Source of the DNA: Amoebophrya sp. A120
Lineage: Eukaryota; Protista; Dinoflagellata
Direction: 5' to 3'
Length of the DNA: 64,000 nucleotides
Assembly: GCA_905178155.1 (NCBI GenBank)
Contig: CAJINV010000003.1
Coordinates: forward strand, 2,623,065-2,687,064
Shown: positions 11,401-23,663 of the stretch, one piece after another
Numbering within the stretch: position 1 is the first letter of the stretch
Layout: each line of letters starts with the position of its first letter
Translations under genes and position numbers: made by a program
The notes under the pieces: model-generated
Seen by the model: only the letters and a program-made list of their open reading frames with translations
Told to the model about the DNA's origin: nothing
Databases searched by the model: none

Positions 11401-12341
11401 TCGTGTGCTCGGCTCCGCAGGATCTCCACCGCGAGTTTCTCCGCGTTCGTGCGAAAGTTCGAATCGTCAAGGAGCAGCTCCGCCGCCGGGAGCTCCTTCT
11501 CGTCCAGCCCCTTGACGAGCCCTTGCTTGAACACGTGCAACAGGTCCCTCTCGAAGTCCAGGGGCTCCGCAAGGACGGCGGCAGCCGCGACAAGCACTTT
11601 TGGATCGGGAAACTCCAGGGCGAAGTCACTCAGGGTCTCGGCGCAGGTGCGCGCGACCCCGCTCTGGTCCAGCAGCCACGCAGAGAAAAACCGGTTCCCA
11701 CCATAGAGCGGTATGATATTCGTTCGCAGGTCTTTCAGTAGCGGGTCGAGGAAGGTGTCCTCGAAATGCAGGCAGAGCTGCAACGCCTGCAACGGTGTCA
11801 GGCACTTCTGCACAAAGGTCGCCACCTCCGGCGACAGAAACTCGATCTTGTCCTCAGCATGGCGAAAGTCGGCGTCCCCGCCACGGTCTTTCGTTCTGTT
11901 GCGCTGCAACGTCCGGACGCGCCGCGACGGGGAGTCTGTATCCTGTTCCAGCGATCTCGTGTCGAAGTCGTCTGCCTTTGATGTAGTTCCCTGCGGAGCA
12001 CCATCTTCGTTCTCCAATATTTCGGCGTTTTTATTTTTCGCTTGTTGCTCCACGGTTTGGGTTTTTCTTCTTTCTTTTGTAGTATCAGTTTCATCTTCTT
12101 CCTCGGCGTCGATGTCGTCGTCCTCGGCTTCCGCGTCCTCGGGAAACGCACCGTTGCGAGCGAAGAAACGGCCTTCGAAGATCTCTCCACCGACCTTTGG
12201 CGGTGCACCGTTACGCTCGATGAGTAACCCACGTTCGACCCGAAAGCGGTCCCACAAGGCAGATTCATGCTCGATCGTTGCTAGCTCGTGCAGGGTTTCA
12301 ATCTGCGTGTTTGCGAGCGGGTCGCAAGGGAGCAGCTTCAT
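8490..12341 (-). CDS. Hypothetical 1283-aa protein
   Basis: Long uninterrupted ATG-initiated ORF with acidic and Lys-rich low-complexity tracts; no family recognised. Confidence 0.8.
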   Translation of the reverse strand: MKLLPCDPLANTQIETLHELATIEHESALWDRFRVERGLLIERNGAPPKVGGEIFEGRFFARNGAFPEDAEAEDDDIDAEEEDETDTTKERRKTQTVEQQAKNKNAEILENEDGAPQGTTSKADDFDTRSLEQDTDSPSRRVRTLQRNRTKDRGGDADFRHAEDKIEFLSPEVATFVQKCLTPLQALQLCLHFEDTFLDPLLKDLRTNIIPLYGGNRFFSAWLLDQSGVARTCAETLSDFALEFPDPKVLVAAAAVLAEPLDFERDLLHVFKQGLVKGLDEKELPAAELLLDDSNFRTNAEKLAVEILRSRAHEKPIRPANGEDEMSSGDEDEYSSGQESEDRFQERTVKSAELAEDDDAGWMQAVAEKEEAAQLQQQRFQLLLNLIAKKQSKRLRELRTAQRDAVRAFHEVDPSGPQQDNSTQNPSGARTTTDANVQIVIVLRRLRRKRVKQICHKIAQLAEFAFLISIWHFVPRPNAKDLENQPERSEQDAIRNASATVNLLPFFAKLCVLLRINVPQLHYWILHSMAHFDCPIGLPFSTVKFLLFKRWRETLLLLSRPHIRVTSDFLEDEFLPAQPTAHGRECVVVLHHALYVANLRSKTGGRESTFTSPPRPLPAAFEDQRLDDVQLVLRSFTDKLLLKNLIAVNLKRRLLISCDLRAGDLENGLAVLTRLYDECLRHEALGITPAPASKPVPKGVDVFEMKAAVNGKDEEEGSIDRDAQKAVDPTLLEQRDRLLREQLELERVVFGPAILRLVLQISDIVGGEGETFGAIYPDSLLQNVPDAVLLKRKRRRNIEAPQQADSPNRFRDRAPSTSGKMKTRGRTSTASTATGMAPHVGSETLASSSSSDYSDLEPTAPGQGIVDQNTTEEHPDQLGTDFQHEKQVAANRIRARERRKQMQQDILKGKEGPVTAGVREPSLEGAEDPAMAQAAGNQLLQLHAGKKGKGKQGKKKGKSKKGKKPVSAPGSPKAAPQKATSKGRLNVSSPTSKKGTPEQRAGTPTKGKGKLNAKPATKQGQQGKLNMKPHGMTFEGQHSMEAPEGAGEQQPKSSFFGQLASFVNTAVSVFESSPKDGLSDEKIAQGEDAAPQVISPERQAEVVNAATLADNVQQQLLPDDAAEDEEDNADDLLLDQHYIRKARKQDKIVAHWRPLDYWFSAHCSLQLFSEDDYYARHLEYVFGLRQNLTLAHLRDMSQHWKKVDDYLQKIYHQRKSVHVNRKTGRLSLGQRNKRMQKQEELFFAQYRWRRARILELSLGLLPRILPWTLWRFSHPLHSQLLHK

Positions 12342-14099
12342 GCTGTTGGTCTACCGTGGCTGCAATAGCACATCTTTTTTTAATAACAGACACCTGGCAC
12401 AAACGGCAAACCTCTAATTATTGTGATTGCTGCTAAACGGACCACAGCGTCACTACAGGTACAGCACTTCTTCGCTCTCGATTCGCTCTCGGGATTAGTC
12501 GGCAGCAACGAAGCCTCCTTTTCACGACGTGCTCTTGTCATGTACCTTTATTATAGCCGTTCAGAGTGTAAACATCAAGTGAACTTCCAGGTCTAGCTGC
12601 AAGAAGATCTCTGCTCGCTCATGCTGGGCATAGTAGAAGTAGAACTGATACTCACCTGCCGCGCTTTCTAAGTACCTGTGGATGGGCAGGCGCACGGCCG
12701 GGAACACGATCACGCGAGGTATGCGGGAGCCAAGGCTGGAAGGGTGCCGTTCTCTTTGGCTCATCACCACGGTGAGCGAAAAAAGAAAAAGTTTCGTTCA
12801 ATTAGTTCCACCTCAAATACAGGCAAACTTTGAAGTACATTGTTGTTGTCGTCACCATCAAACAAGAACGACGAAAGTTCTGCATGGTCGTGTGGTCCAC
12901 TTTCTTCTATATATACACACAAAACGATAACCATAGCACCGCTCTGTTTCTTTTTGTTGGCAAAAACAAGAGAAGCAAAATAGCTTTCTTCTTGGCGATC
13001 AACATCGCTCGCTGGACGAAGGTACAACTTCTAGCAAGATCCAAAACAAGTCCTGGTCTGTGGCTGGATCATGTGTGTTTGGATGTTGCTAAATGCCACA
13101 CCAATCTTCATAATGCTCCCGTGGCGACCAATCGCCCCAAATATTGACAACTCAAGTAGTTCTACGACAACACTACTTCGTAAAAATCCTTGTTCGCAGC
13201 CGAAGCCGTTTCGCAAGGGTACAACTGTTTGCGAGGATCAAACCAACCGTGCTAAATGTGAATGGTCAGAGCGGGTGGACCATTGTGGTATTGTAAAGTT
13301 ATTGGATTTGGTGTATTAAGTTAGTAAGTTCTTCTCTAGTATCATTACGACAAAGTTGTTCTTGATGCGTTTCTGTTTCGTCTTTCCAGTGCTCGCTGTA
13401 GTCGTTCATTTTCGAGAACTAGCTTCTCAAATAATCCGGAAACGGGGCCTGGTGACCGCGAGGCACCACCATCATTCTCAAACGATGAATTGTAGTAAAG
13501 GGCGAAACATTTATTTTTTGGCATTAAAGTGACACTCGAATCGTTCATTGCGTTTGTTGCGTACGATGAATCCTACTGAAACGGAGAGGATGATGTAGAT
13601 GAAGGCCATATTACTCGAAAAGTCAGCTCGACACGGGCGTAAATTGAACCAGCACAGGGAGCGCAAGGGGATGAAGCTCAGTAGATGTCTAATAGTGTAC
13701 TGGGCAAGCTCATTTCTGGAACAACTTGTCAAGCGTGCTATCATTTTCTTGAAAAAACAGGTACTTACTTACACTGGTTGGCATTGCTAGGCTCAGCTCG
13801 TTCTTCTCGTCTGGGGGGCGAAATTGTACGATTTCTTGCTCCCGGTCTGCGTCGATGACTTGGAGCTTGTCACTTGCGAGCTCGACATCGCACTTCGTTG
13901 CGCCATAGCAGCCCGCGCCAGCGCTTTTTCTGCAAAATTAAGTTTTTTCTTCATTGCAATCGCCAATTAGAATGACATTCTTAGTCATCATGTGGCAGAC
14001 CATAAAGATAGAAGCTGTCCTTTTTTTCAGTTTCACATTATCATGGACAACTGCAGGAGGGCCACGTACAAAATCAATATCATCGCGCAGTGAAAAAGC

Positions 14100-16190
14100 A
14101 ATACTTCGTTGCATGTCATAGACGGATTCCGGAGCGTAGGCGCCTGGTCCTGGAGTTTCTTCCGACCTAAGTTCGTTGTTTTTTCCGCTTTCGTCAAAAC
14201 ATTGGTGTTTGACAGACGGTATACGATGAAAGGGCCGCTAAGTATAAGTTCTACGCATGATCGGCACCTGAAATTTTATTAAACAGGCACTGCATGATAC
14301 CCATTGACTGTGATTGCATTGCGGGATGCAGCAGAAGCAGAAGCAACAGATGTAGAAAAAAAAACGTAGAAAAAGCGGGCCCCGACTGTGGTAGTTTGCG
14401 GCCTGTGCGGGCGATTCGGACGCCCTTTTTGAGGAGCGGATCCTGTGGCACGCGGGGAGAATACGCGGCTGGACCGGGCGTGGCCTCGTTCGCCGCGCCC
14501 ACAAACCGTGGACTTCGGGACCCCAGAAAAGCCGTCGAGTTTACTTTCAAGGTCGATTCTGGGTGTGTTGTATGCATCATGGTGAATAGAAATTGTAAAA
14601 AATATCAACATGAGACCGTAGTTCGTCTATGTTGTGATATCGCTGTCACTCAAGTCGCTTTCTTGTCATTTTATTTTTGTTTTCTTTGAATTTCCAATTC
14701 CATAATAAGTACGTGCGCTCCTGCTCCTGAGCAGAAGAAATCCGACAACTCACAAGTAGAACTAGTACTCAAACAGTTTGCATACACTTACGCGGTGTGT
14801 AGAATTGCGCAGTGGTAGATGCGTGCTCTCGCTTGTTCATCCATGCTATGGTGCGGTTAGCCTTCCCAATCACGCCTCCACCGGTCCGATTGCGTTTGTC
14901 TCCGAATGTTGTGAGTTTTTCGTAGAATCCGGCACCGTTTCCGGCATCTGTTTATACATCATCTCTTGAGATGCGTGCGTTGAAGATTTCATCCAGGATG
15001 AGTGGGCAACTCAGCTGCGCTGGTCTGTCTCTCTTCATCGCCGAAGTGCAAATTCGCCAAGTTAGAGTTTTTTTTTGCGCAAGGTGACAAAAGAACGCTG
15101 AATTTTATTGGGTGAGCAACGCAATCGAGTCGTTCTCGTTCGTGCATGTTGATTAGCCTACGACCCGATTCGGCGTATTCGCTAAAGAATGCTCTCTTTG
15201 TAATCGTACATCTACATACACATAGTACTTGCTTAAGATCGTTATTTATATACCATCCTTCAGCTTTTGCGGCCAGTGTGTTGTGGTGTCGCGAACGGGA
15301 GCGCGTTTCGGACCACCCTTGATACTGACACCACTCGAGGTGGCGGGCCGAAAACTGCTCTTGACGACGTTGTATGGATTGTAAAAATGTCTGGGTCTGG
15401 AAACTTGTGATGCAAGGAAGAGAACAGTGAGCTCACTGAAATGCGCCGCCAAGCATGACAAGTTTTTTGTATGGTTCTGAGTTGCGTATTCCGCATGAGA
15501 AACCGCGTTTTTGCAACACAGGGAGGAGGAGCTCTTTGCGGCCACGCAATACAGAGTTCAGAGTCATGCCAGATTTGCATGACAAGTCTCGCAATCTTCC
15601 AGACCCAGACATTTTTACATTTGATACGTTGTAGGCTCCTGGACCCGGGGTCTCTTCGGGTGCACCAGAAAGCAACTTTGCTGGTTTTTTGTGTTTGATT
15701 CGCCTATCTATCAAAAAGTAGCTCCACAAAACGAGATCAAGATCACAGAGAAAGATGACAGCTAGATCCGATAGAAGTCGCAGAGCGTAAGTTTGTTCGC
15801 TCATCACAGTGAGATGTCCATGTCGGCATAGTACGCATTTGTAAGCCCGAAGAAAATAAACGAAAATTATGCAATACATCTGCTTCCGACGTTCGCCTTT
15901 GGTATGCTTGCGGGCTGTGCCGTACTCAGAGTTGATTTTTGCACTATGAAGTTGGTCTGGGCCGTGGGGGCTTTATCAATCTTGTTTGCACCGTAGAGCC
16001 AAGAGTTGGTATCGCGCGACGCGGTGGGCATTGCATGCCCCTCATGGTACCGGAAGCGGGTCCAGGACATACTTACTCGAAGGTTCTGCCAAGCTTGCAC
16101 GTCTGCCCGAAGTAGGTACCAACGAACAGGACAGCAGAAACAGGGAAGAAACGGTACGGCTGACTTGTTACGGCATTCTTGAGGCAACTA
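14100..16190 (-). CDS. Multi-exon PGPGAY (SHIPPO/ODF3/STPG-type) repeat protein; boundaries approximate, may extend to ~12560
   Basis: Minus-strand motifs TPGPGAYNV (~15640), TPGPAAYSP (~14470), TPGPGAYAP (~14145). Confidence 0.6.
15373..15626. mobile_element. Introner, family A (254 bp)
   Basis: TIR ..gtaaaaatgtctgggtctggaa / ttccagacccagacatttttacatttgata; TSD cgttg; excision gives PGPGAYNV|VKSSF. Confidence 0.9.
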
Positions 16191-16783
16191 GGAAAACCCC
16201 TCGTGATTCAGCTAGCGCTAACGCCAGATGTCTCTTTCCAGTTGCGGATTCGACAAACCGTTGCAGAGTCGTGGTTTTCATCATGTAGCTTTTTTCGGTC
16301 GTATCTGCTTCGATACGAAAACGAGGGCTAATACTATCTTCTCGAATATTACGAATATTTCTCGACTTCACTTGGCATACTGTTTGGTCAACATGATTTC
16401 TGAACGCAATTTAAGACGCAGGCGCAGAGATGCAACTCGTCCATCTCGCATTTTCCGCAAAATCATTCTCTCAAACGCTATAACGAACTGTGGTGCGAGC
16501 GCGAGAGATGAACAACGACTACTTATGTTGTCAAGACACCGCGTCTTCAGAGTCACAGTTTCTGGTCTGGTGCAGTTACGAAGTGACAAGAAGCTGTCGA
16601 GGTTTTCATAGCCTCTTGCCCTCCTGCGCTAGAGACAGGAAATGCAAACGTACAAAAAGAAAAAGTGACGGGCACTCAATGAATAGGTTATATGAAGATG
16701 GAGTGGTGCATTTTCGTTAGATGTAAGCGGATATTGATAAATATTAATCAATGCAGCGCTCGCAATACCAATAGACGTAGACC

Positions 16784-19700
16784 TTAATAATTTGTCCAGA
16801 TGCGATTCCCCTTCCCACGGACAAAGCGCGGTGCAAATCCAGGCGGGGAGTTGGTCGATGCTTTCGGGTATGCATTGCAAAAGTATCGTACTCGTGATCC
16901 TCATTGCATTTGCAATCTAATCATGCATGACACATCTTCGATCTTAGGTACTTAAATCAGCAGCACGCGTTCTATTTTTTCTTTGGAGAAAATTTGTCAT
17001 ACTTACGACCACTAGGACGATATTTTTGCGATGCGTATTGGAAAGAGCTCCGTTCCCGCGGCAATCATCGGCAAGTTTTCGGCTGGCTCGTGCGCCTCGA
17101 TGAGTTTCGCTTTCGGGAACATTGGACCAAAGATTTTGTCCCGGTGGCGAACTTCCAGTGCATCGTTCTCCAGTAGGCTCCGCAACACCCGCTTCCCACG
17201 GAAAAACTGTTTCACTGTGATGATTTTGCTAGATCTGCATCACAAGTTTGTTACACATGACACTGGAAGTCTGTGATGCGCGCTTTCCAAGGGAAAACAC
17301 GCTTGAAAATCCAATGTGTTGCAGGTGTAGCAAGACAAATAGTTCCGTGTTCCATTTTCTGCATCACAAGTTCACAGTGAAACAGTTTTTTCTTGCGATA
17401 ACCCGGGCCAGCGGCGCGATCCCCAGCCCGAACCGGGCGGACACTCCCATGACGTCGGACCTACAACTCTCGCGGTGTGTGGCAGCAGGAGAACGACCAC
17501 GAGAGGTTTTGTCCTCGCCGGTTGCAGTAGTTGCATCTGTAGTATGTTGTTGAGCAGCAACATCTTCACCATCGACGTTCCCGCCCAGTCTTGCCCCTCC
17601 GAAGCGCGCGCGCCATCGGAAAAAAACGGAATCCAAGTTGTAGAGCGCGTCCTCGTGCAGGCGGTCACACTTGGTGCCCACAATCAGGAAGGGCTTCTCT
17701 GCATTCAAGGGGTCATACCGAATCGCTTCCCGGCGGAGCGTGAGAAACTGCTGGAACGCATCCAGGGCCTCGTGCGAGTAGTGCGCGGGTTCTGCCGTAC
17801 TTCTTGAGAATTGTTCATTTGTCGTCGGCGCAGAGGCGGCAACTTCGGTGACGCCTTGTGCAGCTACCGCCGCGCCGTCAACAAAGCCATCTTCAGTCGT
17901 TACCCCACTTTCATCATCGCGGTCTCCTGCGTCACGATGAGTCTCGGTAGTTTCATCTGAGTCTGAGTCTGTGTCTGTTTCAGATTCATCTCCTTTTTCT
18001 ATCTTTGCGCAATCCACTGTTCTTGCTGTCTTTGTGCTGTCGACGGGGCGACTACTGGTATCGGATTGCGATTGTGGAGACTGCGCCTCGACCTGGCGCT
18101 GCAACGAATCCAATATACTGTTGCGATCTTCTACGCTCAGGTTCTCGTCTCCAGTTACCATGCGCGGCTTTTCTCCTTCACGCAGATGAACCTCTGCACC
18201 ATAGTGAGAAAAGGTGTGGCGTGTTTCCTCTTTTTCGCGGTGATAATGCGGGTCTCGGCACTTCTTCTGTTCACTCAGGATGTTATTTGCAGCACGGTCA
18301 ACATCCAGTGGCTCTCCACTTTCATCTGTGAGCATTTTCAGACCACTACAGTCAGCTGTGTTGTCATCTTCGCTTACTGTTACTGGAAGGGCTTTTGTTA
18401 CGACAGTGTCCTCTGACACGCTTTCACCGCTACAAAAATCTGATGCAGGTACGGCTGGCAGAAGCGGTTGCCGCAGCCTTCGGTTCCTTTCAAGCTCTTC
18501 GCGGATCCGCTTTTATGCAATGCAAAAGCATCGCACTTCTAGTATAAATTGCATTACAAATTAGCCCCCCAGCATTACAAATCAAATTTGTAATGCTGAT
18601 TTACCTTGACAAAGAGATTTGTAATGCATCAATGCAATTACTACGAGTACGATTCTTTTGCACAGGATAGCTTTTCTTGCACAACGACTTCCCCGCGGCG
18701 CAGATAGTCTGCTATTCTTGCGTGAGCAGGGACTGGGTGAACAGATTCATCATCTTCGGTCGACCACAGATCCCCGCAGCTATGGTTTTCTTGTTCAACA
18801 CCCAACAGCTGCGCGCTCTTCGTGGCACCGAATACTGCTGGCAGGTGGGTTGTAGTACTTGAAGAATTACTTATGGCTGTCGGTTTAGTATCAATATTGG
18901 GCTTCCGGGACATGTCGACGACAAACACCAGGACCCGTGCACGGTAGGTGTGACGCAGCACCCGACGACCCTGCTTGGGATGGTCCGCCGCACCGTGCAG
19001 GAGGCCCGGGAGGTCGAGAACTCGCAAGCTGACGCCGTCTTTGAACTTGAGCACACCGGTGTGGGGCCGTGTGGTGGAAAAAGCTTCCGGGCCGATGCGG
19101 GTGTGCGCACGCGTGAGCGCGGCGGCCAGAGCCGTCTTGCCGCTGTTCGGAAAGCCCAGGAGGCAGACGTCGCAGGGCACGCGGTACTCCAGCTCGAGCA
19201 TCCGCTTTTCCCCCTTCGCGCCCTTGCGCCCGTCGTGCAGGCGGAAGTGGCTGGGTCCAATGCCCCCCTTGCCGCCCTTGCAGATGCGAATCTGGTCGCC
19301 GTGCTGCAAAAACTGGTACACGAACTCTGGCAGGTAGACGCGGCGCTTGCCCTCCTCGGTGCGAAAGGGTTCGTTGCTCTCCGGCGCGCGGTACAACTTG
19401 CGCTCGCGCACGATGGTTCCCACCGGTATGGGGGTGTCAGGATTGAAATCGATAAAGTTGAAATAACTTGCAATGCCCAAAATCAATACCAGTTGCAGCC
19501 CAATTCCTAAGCGGCGCATGAGAAATTTCGGCACCGGCTAAATCCAGTTTGTCATGCTCTTTAGGGACAGAAGGCGTCTTTTGTCATGCTACTTTAGCAA
19601 TAGACAATAGACACCCAAAATAGCTCATAGAGCCCTGTCATGCTACTTTAGCAGCTATATCGCAGACCCCAAACAGGCTGACAGTCGGCCTCACTTGCCA

Positions 19701-21207
19701 CCCCTGCAAGAGAGACACTTCATGCCTTGCAATGTATGCATGAGAAATTATTTCAACTTTGTCGGTTTCAATCCTGACACTTCCATAACCGGTACGTGCA
19801 GGGTTTCCGCCTTCTGGTTCCGCCCGCGCTCCGTGTGGTGGCCGCCGCCCCCGCCGTCGCCCCCATTGCGGGCTTTCTTGACCCGGGGCAGCGCGTTCAG
19901 GTTCAACACTGCGCACTATGAGAGTGCACAACTCCCCCTCCCCCTCATTTGTAATGCAAAGATGCCAATAAATCCAGCTGCTGCCTTGTAGCACCGTCTG
20001 CATGACAAATCCTGGAAGCCCAAACAGCACTACACTCCAGTGCAACTTTGTCATGCAAAACCGGCATTCTTGCTGATGTTTGTATTGCTGCTCATGCCAT
20101 GCAAATGTAATGAGGGGGAGGGGGGGTTGTGCACTCTCATACGCGCGTGCACTTGATCCACACGTCGGCGCCGTGGCCGCCGTACGCGGGGCCTCCGTGG
20201 TTCGAGAATTTTCGGTAGGTTCCGGGTTCCGGATTACCGCCGTCCCCGCTGCGAACCGTGATCCACAGCTTATCCACAAAGGTGTCTTGGAAGCGCGGAA
20301 AGGACTCCACCGATGTGTCGGTGAGTCGTTCCATCACCCGACTATTTTCCGTGCTGGCGTTTCTGTCGCAGGCGTCGACGCTTTCAGATTCCGCCACTTC
20401 CGACGCGCCACCAACATCTTCCTGGGCGAAGTCTTTTCCAACAAATTTTTCGTCTTCGTGCGGCACAGTAGTACTTCTTGTAGAAGCTACAACGTTGGTC
20501 GTGCCCTCCAGATAGTTCACTGTCGAGTTCGCATTTTTCCCAACGACCGACGTCGTGGACCGCAGTTGTTCCCTTTCGACGAACTTCTGTCTCTTGACCG
20601 CCCTCTTTTCTTCGGCGGCCTCCTCGATGCGGCGCGCTAGGGTCAGACTTGTGATTTTATCTTCGGTGAAACCATTTCTTCCTTCCGCAATGTCCGCGTG
20701 AAGGGCATGATCTTGTTCTTGTTCGACAGGGTAGCTCGTCGAAAACACATCGTCGCTTGGCGGTACTTGTTTCAAATCAGCCTTATAACCGCCATGCTCG
20801 CGCAGGATTCGGCGAATCCTTTCCTGGAAGCTGTTGTCGGCTACTGTTGACGACGAGGGGGAGCTGCGGCTGTTTTTTTCACCGCTCGTTGGGCCCCCGT
20901 CTTCAGCCTTGAGTGAGTCCGCTTGTAGTTCATGCTCACCCCGTGATCCCGAGAAGCCGCGTACCGAAACTGAGCGACGAGATGCGGGATAATTGAAACA
21001 AGAGGAGACAAATGCAGTAGATTTGACGTTGGCCCGAGCTGCAATGCCGTTGGGGTACCAAGAAACACAGACAGCTGAACCACTACCACGGCCGCGGAAA
21101 AGAACGCAGGTAGTTCCCCGATCAAGACAAGCAAGGACGCCTCCGGTCAGGAGGCTACGCGTCGTCAGTAGAGTGGATGAGGCTACACATGATGACAATT
21201 CTTGCAT
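16784..21207 (-). CDS. Obg-family GTPase (ObgE/MTG2-like, probably organellar), 6 exons split by 5 introners
   Basis: FVDKLWITVRSGDGG, HVPV|GTIVR, GGKGGIG, G1 GFPNSGKT, FSTTRP, G3 DLPG, G4-like TKCD; frame is continuous across all five junctions to stop 16784-16786. Confidence 0.9.
16869..17037. mobile_element. Introner, family C (169 bp, diverged, reverse orientation)
   Basis: TIR tatgcattgcaaaagtatcgtact / aggacgatatttttgcgatgcgta; TSD tcggg/ttgga, both mismatches at synonymous positions (LFP|KAST). Confidence 0.8.
17192..17400. mobile_element. Introner, family I (209 bp)
   Basis: TIR core aaaaactgtttcactgtga / tcacagtgaaacagttttt; TSD acccg; left terminus eroded; excision gives LARV|LRSLL. 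Confidence 0.85.
18514..18669. mobile_element. Introner, family C (156 bp)
   Basis: tatgcaatgcaaaagcatcgcact ... agtacgattcttttgcacaggata; TSD gcttt; excision gives VQEK|RIREE. Confidence 0.9.
19427..19787. mobile_element. Introner, family H (361 bp)
   Basis: ~50-bp TIR tatgg..gtgtcaggattgaaa.cga.aaagttgaaataa; TSD accgg; splits the conserved Obg VPVGT motif. Confidence 0.92.
19917..20141. mobile_element. Introner, family G (225 bp)
   Basis: TIR tatgagagtgcacaac.cccc.tccccctcatt; TSD cgcac/cgcgc; excision restores frame. Confidence 0.9.
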
Positions 21208-21670
21208 TTTTCAAAAAGGATCCGACATCGCCTCGTCGTCTCAGGCTTCACGACCTACTTACAGAGGCAGAGGGCAAAAAATGCGTAACTGTGTCTTCTA
21301 CTTTTGAAAAGGCGCTGGAAGCCACTTCGAGCGAGAGAAGTCGTCTTTTCCTTGAGAAAGAAGCGCTTTCGTCCTTCTGTGTTGAAAAGGAAATCTTGTC
21401 GGTTTTCTGCTGCCACCGCAGATTCTGATTTTGATTACAGAGCAATAATTGTGAACACGTACACGGGTAACACGTCTGCTCTGTTCCTTCAGCAAAAAGC
21501 TTGCTTCAGAAATTTTGTTTTTTTTCACGCAATTTGTCATGCATACCCGACTGCACCTCATCAAAAACCTTTGCACCGTCGCCGCAAGCAGCTTCGGACG
21601 CAATTTGTCATGCGAGGCAGAGGCTTTACTGCTTTCTTTTTCGACCCCGAGGCAACAACACTCGAGGTGA

Positions 21671-22821
21671 TCAATTCTCTTTTTCGCGCACCAAATCGGA
21701 CACGTCCGAAAAGTATTTGATATCAGTCTTGATGGGAAGCGTGACCGACAGAACGCCCTTGAGTTTGTCCCACTTGGCGTTTCCCTCGTCTTTATACACG
21801 GGATGTGGCAGCGCCACATTAAGTTTGTACAGTTTGGAGCTGCAGTATGGAAAGAAAAAAGTTCGTCACAATCACTAACGTGCAGGTTTTGCATGAGAAA
21901 TTTTTCCAGCATCACAGGTTTTTCTTGTATTGCAGAAACACTAGGGAAATCCCTTATGAAATTTGGCTGTGATGCATTTTTACGCATGACAGCCAATTTT
22001 GTATTGCAAAAATGCGCATGAGTGATCGTGACGAACTTTTTTTGTTTGATATGCAGAGCACCCGCTGTTCGAGTACGTCCAGGGTTATGTCCTTCAGCTC
22101 CGTGTTTGGCAACTTTATCTTCACCACTATCTCGTGGCAATGGTCGGAGCTCCCGTCCTTCTGGCCTGAGAGTTTTTTAAGTGGCGAACGTAGAAGATTC
22201 TGATATGGTGATATGGTTATGAAGAACGACAATCAAAACGAAGAACTACTGCTGTGTTGAACATAGTACGGAACTACTCAACGAAGTATGTGAGCAAGAA
22301 AAAAGCTGTAGTAATAACTTTTATACCAAGGTTCAGAAAGACGTCTTCGCTTCCAACATCCTGCTTAAACAATATGTCGTAGTCGGGAACTTTCCGGTCG
22401 TCGCCGTCGTCCTTTATTACGACACCTGCGTTCTCCTTGAAGTCTGTGTCCGCCCAAATGGGCTCTGCTTTCTTCTCCACGACCTTTGGCTTTTGTCGGA
22501 CACTCACCTATGTGTTCGTTGTCGAAATGTCGCAGATGAAAGTGTTTCTTCTTGTTCTTTGCGCTGAGACTGTACTTTTGCTCAAGCTCATGCGCGTAGG
22601 CATGTCGATGGCGATGCCAGTTAGGAAGTAGTGCAGGGAAAAAGCAAAACAATGACCACAAATATTACCTTCATGTTTGGTCGTGCCTGGCTCCGAGGCT
22701 TATATCCCATGGCTGTACGTTCCGCAGCGACGGCGTTGGGTGGTAGAGTGCTGGTCTCTTGTTCTTCCTCGTTGCCCACACCGAGCAGGCCCATCAGGCC
22801 GTGTATTTGTTCCGCGTTCAT
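21671..22821 (-). CDS. PIH1D3: PIH1D3/DNAAF6 (Twister) dynein assembly factor, multi-exon
   Basis: PDYDILFKQDVGSEDVFLNLG, KDGSSDHCHEIVVKIKLPNTELKDITLDV, then after the introner YKLNVALPHPVYKDEGNAKWDKLKGVLSVTLP. Confidence 0.85.
21846..22051. mobile_element. Introner, family E (206 bp)
   Basis: TIR tatggaaagaaaaaagttcgtcacaatcact / agtgatcgtgacgaactttttttgtttgata; TSD tgcag; homologous to 26693-26916. Confidence 0.92.
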
Positions 22822-23611
22822 TTTCGAATGAGAATGACGGCAAGAGTTTTCTGGCTACCTATTACTATGCGCTTTGTTACTTAGCTACTTCCACGGCTGC
22901 CAGGAGCAATCTTTAATGCTACTGGAAGTATATCAGTGGCAATGTTCATCTAGAGACGTCCACGAGTGAGATGCGTTCCAACAAGGTTGCGCGAACGAGA
23001 AGGAACTCCGTGGCCTCTTCTTGCTCTCACAGAAGTACTAGAAGTCTTCGGCAGTGAGGTATGAAGATGTACAAAGCCCCAAGTGTGTTGTTCAATGCAG
23101 AAGCGATCTGATAACACACAAGAAACCACCTGCCATCTGTCAGCACTTTCACTTTGGGTCGACTTCTCAGGTATGAACTCTAGAAGGAACGCCAAATCTC
23201 TTCGTCGCCAACTCCACACTCTCTTCCGCGGTCACAGTTCCCGATGGCCCCGCTCCCATTCCTTCCGTGTATGTCCACCTGCTCTCTAGTCTACGCACAT
23301 ACACGACACCTGCGGCCTGCAGAAATAACTTGGAAAACGATTGACGCAAGAGGAAGAGCGTAGCAGACCTAGCACCTCATTCACTGCACAGTGCTGGCAG
23401 CTGACCTCGTTAGTACACATCTATCACAATAGGTCGCTTTTGAATTTCCATTTCATCTTGCATGCGCATCCGGTAATAGGACACCAGAACTCAGCATGTT
23501 TCGTCGACCTCGACGAGACAATTAGTTACAAATGCAAATCGCATTCTTGTTCAGGATCACAACTATTTGTTCCGAGAAAAGGGTGACTCAAAAGCGCTAC
23601 AAGGTCAAGGA

Positions 23612-23663
23612 CTTAGGTTGTACAATCACCACGACTTAGCCTTAGGTTGTACAATCGCCACGA
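23612..23663. repeat. Short direct repeat, 2 x 23 bp
   Basis: cttaggttgtacaatc(a/g)ccacga at 23612 and 23641, intergenic. Confidence 0.7.

Noticed and set aside
21528-21615. Two gcaatttgtcatgc motif copies between PIH1D3 and Obg
   Set aside because: No TIR or TSD found around them, so not called an element; could be a remnant
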